A DNA stretch of 64,000 nucleotides from Macrostomum lignano. Its lineage: Eukaryota. Under the pieces are notes generated by a model. It was not told the DNA's origin. It worked only from the letters and a program-made list of their open reading frames with translations, and made no database searches. Made by a program: the position numbers and the translations under genes. Of this stretch, positions 56,011 through 64,000 are shown piece after piece; the first letter of the stretch is position 1; each line of letters starts with the position of its first letter. The stretch is taken from NCBI GenBank assembly GCA_002269645.1, contig NIVC01000093.1:969891-1033890 (forward strand), read 5' to 3'.

Positions 56011-57682
56011 TGTACAATGGACTTCTCCCGGTCCCGAGCATGACTCCGGGACTGCTATATCTCTGTGTATGCCGAATATACTACACTGTGTAAGTAAGAT
56101 TTTACTGACTCTTAGTAAGCCTTAATTGAGCAGCTTATGTGCACTGTGTTTGCTCAAAGTTGTTGACCCCCCCCCCCAATGACGAACGCGCGCTGGAAAC
56201 TTCTGGTCTGCATGGCAGTCTTTGTTATTCAAGTGTCTCTTATCTTCACGTTCGTGTTTTTTGCAAAGTTTGTAAACAACTTTACACACACATACAAGGG
56301 ATCGGGATAAGGGATACATAATGTGGATAGCTTTAATTGCCATATATACTTAGAGAGTAATCCTCCTTAAAAAACTTGGTCAACTCATACGACGCCCACA
56401 GACCAATAAGTGTATAAGTTATACTTATTGGTCTGTGACGACGCCTTTTAAAGCTTTTTTCTCGGTATAATAGCGCATTATCGACAAACAAAGACTATAA
56501 AGAGGGTCCATAAGTGTTTGAAGTTGCCTCCCACGTCTCAGCAGCACCTGCTCTCCTCGCATCCCCACCCCGCGGCTATAACAGGCATCAAAGTTTTCCC
56601 TTATTAATTTAACAACCCCACACTTGAGCCCAGCGGGTGGCACACACCATCTTTCGAGTCCTATAAGACTGAGAGCTGCTCTCTTTATAAGTAATCTTTA
56701 ATTTGATTACTAATAGAGTCTCAAAATACAGTTATAATCCCTTGTGTTGATGAATGATGACGCAACCAAATCTCATATAAATTTGACATCAAAACCATCT
56801 ATCTAAGAGCAGCTGTAGGAGGGGCCACTGCAGAGGTGGGAGCACGTGACAGCTCCCAGCCCAGTTTAAACTGACCCCCCGCTGCGGAGCTGCTCAAACG
56901 AACCGAGAGACCGAACCGAATGGAAAGCCCCCAGGGGGTTGCGAGGAGTATATTGGGCCCGATTATATACCCTAGTTAATGTTTAATCCTGTGACTTTGT
57001 TATATTATAGCCTGACAATATATAATATTACTTGAAGGCAATAAGAACAAAGATTCTAACTGATTATATGGACAGATAGATGGATGTAGGCGGGGTCCCC
57101 ATGTAGGCCCAAACCGACAGGCAGACAGACAGGCAGGGAGACACGAGAGAAGTCTGCTGCAGCTGCTGCTCCGTTCCGTGTTTGATCTGACCTTAAGTGT
57201 CCCTCCCGGCTCATTCAAACCCCATCATTTGAGCTCAGACTCACAGGCTACTCAGCGGCCACTGACACTTCAAATTAAATATTGAACAAAGACCAGCAAA
57301 GGCTGTTTGACTCACTGTTTTATATGCTAAAGATTAAGCCTGCTCATCTTATTATAATAAATTTGAAGCAGCTTACATTGAGTGAAATATGAGAATAAGA
57401 TTTGGGCAAACGGTCTTGCTCAGGTCTAACAAAGAGGACTAACAGGTTTATATTTATAACAAAGACCCATCATTGCCTTCTATAGACGCATAAGTTGATT
57501 ACAAAAAGGGCACGAATTTAAATTCTATTTGTTTCTTTAACTTTCTCTCTTCCTTTCAATTTCAGCTTTCTGGTCACGCCCCGGTAAGAACCGAAACGGA
57601 AGAAGGACTTAACTTCGCTACCGCCGCCTCCCCGTGGCCGAAGGAAAATAGCGAAAACAATTTCTTTTTTTCTCCGCTACCC

Positions 57683-57696
57683 GTGACCATGGCAAC
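57683..57696. promoter_or_regulatory. RFX X-box motif GTGACCATGGCAAC
   Basis: Matches the consensus GTNRCC-N(0-3)-RGYAAC. Confidence 0.5.
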
Positions 57697-58312
57697 AAGT
57701 TGAACTTTGTTACAATTTAAACTCTGCCTGCTAAAGCAGACAAAATAAAGTTGTATGAATTAATTATGAATTTTTTCTAATCAGTTTTCACTCTCTAAAA
57801 ACCAATTAGACTGTGCTTTTACTTATTATCATTACGACAAATAATTTTTGTTTGAATGCGTGTAAAAAATTGTACACTAAACTATTTTTTCATCATAGTT
57901 GAATACCAAGACTCAAGTCCTGTACAGTTTACTCTCATAATTGTTATTCTTTTTTCTATTTATTTTTGCTATTGAAACATTTTTCGTTAGTTCAGTAACT
58001 TCAATTTTCAAAATACTGACAAATTTATTAGGCATTGTATTGTTAACCCAGTTGCAGTAAAAGTTATTCATTATGAATGAATTATTTTTGTAGTCCATTT
58101 CATATTGCATTACATTTTTTCTTTTGTGCATTAAAAATAAACTTTAATAATTCGTAAACAAACAATTAAGAAGGTTTTTCTAGCGCAATGTAGACAGCAT
58201 ATTTTGTATAAAATTGTGTTGCTAATGTTGGCTTCTATCATTCGATATAAAATTCAACTGTAAAAAATGACTCACGACTGTGGTGTGAAACGGTGAAAAT
58301 TGAATAGAAAAT

Positions 58313-59052
58313 AGAGGGAGAGAGGGAAGGGGAGAACGGAGAGGAGAGGAGAGTGGAGAGAGGAGAGGACTGGGGAGAGGAAAGAGAGAGGAGAGAGGAG
58401 AGAGGAGAGAGGAGAGGACAGGGGAGAGAAGAGATGAGAGGAGAGAGTAGAGAGGAGAGAGGAGAGAGGAGAGAGGAGAGAGGAAAGGAGAGGACAGGGG
58501 AGAGAAGAGAGGAGAGGAGAGAGGAGTGAGGAGAGAGGAGAGAGGAGAGAGGAGAGAGGAGAGAGGAGAGAGGAGAGGACAGGGGAGATAAGAGAGGAGA
58601 GGAGAGAGTAGAGAGGAGAGGACTGGGGAGAGGAAAGAGAGAGGAGAGAGGAGAGAGGAGAGGACAGGGGAGAGAAGAGAGGAGAGGAGAGTGGAGAGAG
58701 GAGAGGACAGGGGAGAGAAGAGAGGAGAGGAGAGTGGAGAGAGGAGAGGACAGGGGAGAGAAGAGAGGAGAGGAGAGAGGAGTGAGGGGAGGGAGAGAGG
58801 AGAGAGGAGAGCGGAGAGAGGAGAGAGGAGAGAGGAGAGGACAGGGGAGAGAGGAGAGGACAGAGGAGAGTAAAGAGGAGAGGACAGGGAAGAGAAGAGA
58901 AGAGAGGAGAGAGGAGTGAGGAGTGAGGAGAGAGGAGAGGACTGGGGAGAGGAAAGAGAGAGGAGAGAGGAGAGAGGAGAGAGGAGAGAGGAGAGAGGAG
59001 CCAGGAAAGAGAGAGGAGAGAGGAGAGAGGAAAGAGGAGAGAGGAGAGGGAA
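58313..59052. repeat. ~740-bp polypurine (GAGAG)n tract
   Basis: Almost purely A/G on the + strand. Confidence 0.95.
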
Positions 59053-59178
59053 GGATTAGGGAAGCGAGTAGAGGTGATGGCAGTAGTGAAATTGCGCACT
59101 TGCTTCAGGGCGCGTCAAGGTGCTCCCGTGTTTATTAGAGTTGTATACAGTGTATTGTAACAAACTGCGCGCTTTTAC

Positions 59179-59180
<2 letters not shown>

Positions 59181-59247
<67 letters not shown>
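59181..59247. repeat. (CT)n microsatellite ending in CAGCAG
   Basis: Visible run. Confidence 0.95.
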
Positions 59248-59251
<4 letters not shown>

Positions 59252-59769
59252 GGTGCAAACGTTACAGTCTCGTCTGCAAACAGCCACTTATAAATATTTT
59301 TTGCTATTGAAAGTTGAAAAAAATTAAAAAATATAAAGAACAGAAACCGCGTCCATAAAAGAATTGCGGCAAGAATGTATCCAGTTTGGTAAGGTTCTGC
59401 TGCTGCTGGCGCCACTGCTGAATGGGCCTCCAAACCAAAATACACTTGTAAATGCTGCATGGCCAAATTATAGTTAACCAGACTTTTTGACACAGAAATT
59501 CGACACCGCCGACAATGAGGCAGAAAGAAGTATTAAAAACCCCAATTTGATACACAATATTTCACTCTCTATTGCAGGGATCTACAAATGGGAGAAATCT
59601 GCAGGTGCTGCTTGTACTCAATTATAACTTACCTTTTTAATTCTGACTCTATAATTCAGCAATTGGTAGCTCTTTCAATTGCTACAAACACTTTCAGAGC
59701 GCACTGTGACATTGTGTATATCTGTGAGCTGACTGGAGTAGCTGATTTAGGTAGATTTAGAAGCTAGTC

Positions 59770-60378
59770 TCTATGACCCGTGTGGTACAGTGTCTATGAC
59801 CCGTGTGGTACAGTGTCTATGACCCGTGTGGTACAGTGTCTATGACCCGTGTGGTACAGTCTCTATGACCCGTGTGGTACAGTCTCTATGACCCGTGTGG
59901 TACAGTGTCTATGACCCGTGTGGTACAGTGTCTATGACCCGTGTGGTACAGTGTCTATGACCCGTGTGGTACAGTGTCTATGACCCGTGTGGTACAGTGT
60001 TTATGACCCGTGCGGTACAGGTACTATGACCCGTGCAGTACAGTTTCTATGACCCGTGTAGTATAGTCTCTATGACCCGTGCGGTACAGTGTCTATAACT
60101 CGTGCGGTACAGGGACTATGACCCGTGCAGTACAGTCTCTATGACCTGTGCAGTACAGTCTCTATGACCTGTGCAGTACAGTCTCTATGACCTGTGCAGT
60201 ACAGTCTCTATGACCTGTGCAGTACAGTCTCTATGACCTGTGCAGTACATTCTCTATGACCTGTGCAGTACAGTCTCTATGACCCGTGCAATACAGTCTT
60301 TATGACCCATGCAATACAGTCTCTATGACCCGTGCAATAGTCTCTATGACCCGTGCAATATAGTATTTATGACCTGTG
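59770..60378. repeat. 23-bp array (TCTATGACCCGTGTGGTACAGTG)
   Basis: About 26 units with a gradient of variants. Confidence 0.95.
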
Positions 60379-61283
60379 CAAACATATGCTGGCAGAAAAT
60401 TTTTCCAGGTGTTGAGCCATGCGAAAATTTTTAGAGAAGCAGCTCCTCTATTCACTATAAGCTCTCCAAATTCACGGCTCTCCCACCGAGCGTGTGCAGA
60501 TTGAATTACAAAAATCCCAGTAGCTATATATAGGTAGTTAGTGGGAGGCTTGATAATTTTGAATTACAAAATTGTTGCTAAGCACGCTCCTTATTAAACA
60601 TGCACCTCAACCCCTCCAGGGCCCGGTACAGTACGAAAGCAGACTGAAGTATATCTGATTTAACTATCAGGTTTCAATATTCTGCTTTGCAAATATACGC
60701 ATAGCCTTTGGAAGTATTCCTGCATGAATTCAAAATTATGCATTATGGTTCTCGCGCTCGCTCTCTCAGGCGCAGGGACGGGCGGGCAAGACAAAGACCA
60801 CCCCCGACAGGTGAATCGGAAGCACCGTGACGAGTTCTGACTGACTGACAAAGACCGCGTCCAGTGGAGTGGAGGTGAAGAGAAATTCTTTTTTGGCACG
60901 TGGTTTTCAATTCTATTGTCTACTTTGAGAAGGAGGGGTATTGAGGCACCCCGTTAGCAAACAGCTATCTCTCTCTCTCTCTCTCTCGCTCTCCGCAGAT
61001 TTTTGGCACAGTTCCAGGGACAAGTGGGCGACGAGATCTGGAGCGCTGGTCACTCACCGCAACACGCGACGCCAGTTGCTTAAGGGAGAATCTTGCTGCC
61101 CGCATGCAGCACCGCCCCAGCAACTTGAAGTTCGCTTCGCTGACGCTGGCAGAGTTAACAGGCATAAGTTGGGATTTTATTAAGCATGAAATAGTGGTTT
61201 GATTTGTCAAATTATTATCATTATTATGCTATACACGGTTTGTATCTTCCTTGTAGCATTGCGCAACAGTCTGTGGTATAGTT

Positions 61284-62022
61284 GCGCCAAAGTTCGATGC
61301 TTAGGGGCGCCAAAGTTTGATGCTTAGGGGCGCCAAAGTTCGATGCTTAGGGGCGCCAAAGTTCGATGCTTAGTGGCGCCAAATTTCAATGCTTAGGGCG
61401 CCAAATTTCGATGCTTAGGGCGCCAAATTTCGATGCTTAGGGGCGCCAAATTTTGATGCTTAGGGCGCCAAATTTTGATGCTTAGGGCGCCAAAATTCGA
61501 TGCTTAGGGCGCCAAAGTTCGATGCTTAAAGGCGCCAAATTTCGATGCTTAGGGGCGCCAAATTTTGATGCTTAGGGCGCCAAAATTCGATGCTTAGGGC
61601 ACAAAAGTTCGATGCTTAGGGGCGCCAAAGTTCGATGCTTAGGGGCGCCAACGTTCGATGCTTAGGGGCGCCAAAGTTCGATGCTTAGGGGCGCCAAAGT
61701 TCGATGCTTAGGGGCGCCAAAGTTCGATGCTTAGGGGCGCCAAAGTTCGATGCTTAGGGGCGCCAAAATTCGATGCTAAAAGGCGCCAAAATTCAATGCT
61801 TAAAGGCGCCAAAGTTCGATGCTTAGGGGCGCCAAAGTTCGATGCTTAGGAGCACAAAAGTTCGATGCTTAGGGGCGCCAAAGTTCGATGCTTAGGGGCG
61901 CCAAAGTTCGATGCTTAGGGGCGCCAAAGTTCGATGCTTAGGGCGCCAAAGTTCGATGCTTAGGGGCGCCAAAGTTCGATGCTTAGGGGCGCCAAAGTTC
62001 GATGCTTAGGGACGCCAAAGTT
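61284..62022. repeat. 22-23-bp array (GCGCCAAAGTTCGATGCTTAGGG)
   Basis: About 32 tandem units. Confidence 0.95.
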
Positions 62023-62667
62023 GGTATCGGATACGCCAGCAACCTACACTCGTATGCAAGACATCAGCAGAACATGGCGCAGTCACGCACCTGCTTCCTA
62101 GCTAAGAAAGGTGTTGAAAAATAGTCCCAATTGGATGACAAAGACTCTTAAAAGAAGTTATAGATAGGCTACTCTTTGTTGACTGATTGATACGAGCTTA
62201 AGGAGGCGGGCGGACCTGTCGAGGAGAAGCGGTTACAGCAGAACCTCTACAGTCAACTTCAAGTGTTACCTCAGTCGCGTGGCTCACTTAAACAGGTTTT
62301 TCTCCCAGTTACTTTACAGATTACGTGTGACGCAGAATGGGGCTCAACGCCCAATTTCCTGACTAAAATAAATGGAGGCGATAAAAATATCCCAAATGTC
62401 GACACCTTTTTTCCGTTGGTTTAATCGACCATATGGAGCTGAAAACTCCCTGGATAAAATAATAACAGTTGTGAGAGTTATCATTACACATATGCCCTCG
62501 GAGTTGAGTTAACTTGATTTCGTGAGATCAATCAATCAACAAGGATTGTGAAAGCGGCAAGATATGGTGGCCATTATCACCGCAGTTTCATATTCTGTAT
62601 AAATTTTGGCACTCAAAACTTTGGTTTAAGCTTTTTGTATGCAAAATTCACCAACTGAATAAGGTAA

Positions 62668-64000
62668 AGAATGAAGTAGATTCGCCAGTGAAATGAGGTA
62701 GAGAATGAAGTAGATTCGTCAGTTGAATGAGGTAGAGAATGAAGTAGATTCGCCAGTGAAATGAGGTAGAGAATGAAGTAGATTCGTCAGTTGAATGAGG
62801 TAGAGAATGAAGTAGATTCGCCAGCTGAATGAGGTAGAGAATGAAGTAGATTCGTCAGTTGAATAAGGTAGAGAATGAAGTAGATTCGCCAGCTGAATGA
62901 GGTAGAGAATGAAGTAGATTCGTCAGTTGAATAAGGTAGAGAATGAAGTAGATTCGCCAGTTGAATGAGGTAGAGAATGAAGTAGATTCACCAGTGGAAT
63001 GAGGTAGAGAATGAAGTAGATTCGCCAGCTGAATGAGGTAGAGAATGAAGTAGATTCGCCAGCTGAATGAGGTAGAGAATGAAGTAGATTCGTCAGTTGA
63101 ATAAGGTAGAGAATGAAGTAGATTCGCCAGCTGAATGAGGTAGAGAATGAAGTAGATTCGCCAATTGAATGAGGTAGAGAATGAAGTAGATTCGCCAGCT
63201 GAATGAGGTAGAGAATGAAGTAGATTCGTCAGTTGAATAAGGTAGAGAATGAAGTAGATTCGCCAGTTGAATGAGGTAGAGAATGAAGTAGATTCGCCAG
63301 CTGAATGAGGTAGAGAATGAAGTAGATTCGCCAGTGGAATGAGGTAGAGAATGAAGTAGATTCGTCAGTTGAATAAGGTAGAGAATGAAGTAGATTCGCC
63401 AGCTGAATGAGGTAGAGAATGAAGTAGATTCGCCAATTGAATGAGGTAGAGAATGAAGTAGATTCGCCAGCTGAATGAGGTAGAGAATGAAGTAGATTCG
63501 TCAGTTGAATAAGGTAGAGAATGAAGTAGATTCGCCAGTTGAATGAGGTAGAGAATGAAGTAGATTCGCCAGCTGAATGAGGTAGAGAATGAAGTAGATT
63601 CGCCAATTGAATGAGGTAGAGAATGAAGTAGATTCGTCAGTTGAATAAGGTAGAGAATGAAGTAGATTCGCCAGCTGAATGAGGTAGAGAATGAAGTAGA
63701 TTCGCCAATTGAATGAGGTAGAGAATGAAGTAGATTCGCCAGTGGAATGAGGTAGAGAATGAAGTAGATTCGCCAGCTGAATGAGGTAGAGAATGAAGTA
63801 GATTCGCCAGTGGAATGAGGTAGAGAATGAAGTAGATTCGCCAGTTGAATGAGGTAGAGAATGAAGTAGATTCGCCAGCTGAATGAGGTAGAGAATGAAG
63901 TAGATTCAGTTCGCCAGTGGAATGAGGTAGAGAATGAAGTAGATTCGTCAGTTGAATAAGTAGAGAATGAAGTAGATTCGCCAGCTGAATGAGGTAGAGA
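62668..64000. repeat. 34-bp array (GAATGAGGTAGAGAATGAAGTAGATTCGCCAGCT), continues past the window end
   Basis: About 39 tandem units visible. Confidence 0.95.

Noticed and set aside
56330-57250. GC-richer patches and short ORFs (56425-56643, 57000-57218)
   Set aside because: No TIRs, protein motifs or consistent splice chain recognised; left unannotated.
59056-59493. Minus-strand ORF with a TM-like segment (AILLWTRFLFFIFF)
   Set aside because: Hydrophobicity comes from A-runs on the plus strand, and the ORF runs into (GA)n; local splice signals favour the plus strand.

Overview
This is eukaryotic (metazoan) DNA: GC-rich exons, GT-AG introns and abundant tandem repeats. That style resembles the flatworm Macrostomum; the species assignment is inference only. 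Genes were reconstructed by hand with splice phases checked, and coordinates may be off by a few nt. In order they are: a UBXN10-like gene (-, runs off the left edge), SSNA1 (-, 2 exons), a 37-exon DNHD1-like dynein heavy chain (+, 5601-37986, about 4,880 aa, with two apparent 1-nt homopolymer deletions in exon 36), a small secreted WSC-domain protein (+), a 4-exon Rieske [2Fe-2S] ferredoxin-like gene (-), a 1,330-aa TRP channel joining ankyrin repeats to a TRPM-type core and a Cys-rich tail (+), a C-type-lectin-like exon (+), and a divergent Cip/Kip-type CDK inhibitor whose PCNA-binding (PIP) degron forms only across its splice junction (+). A cryptic small-exon gene may lie at 57.5-61.1 kb. 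Most long introns carry their own minisatellite, and two of these form an inverted pair around the AAA1 exons. There are also several MITE-like elements, a tRNA-derived element and a LINE-like remnant. No CRISPR array or prokaryotic system is supported; most long ORFs in the supplied track are repeat read-throughs or antisense shadows.
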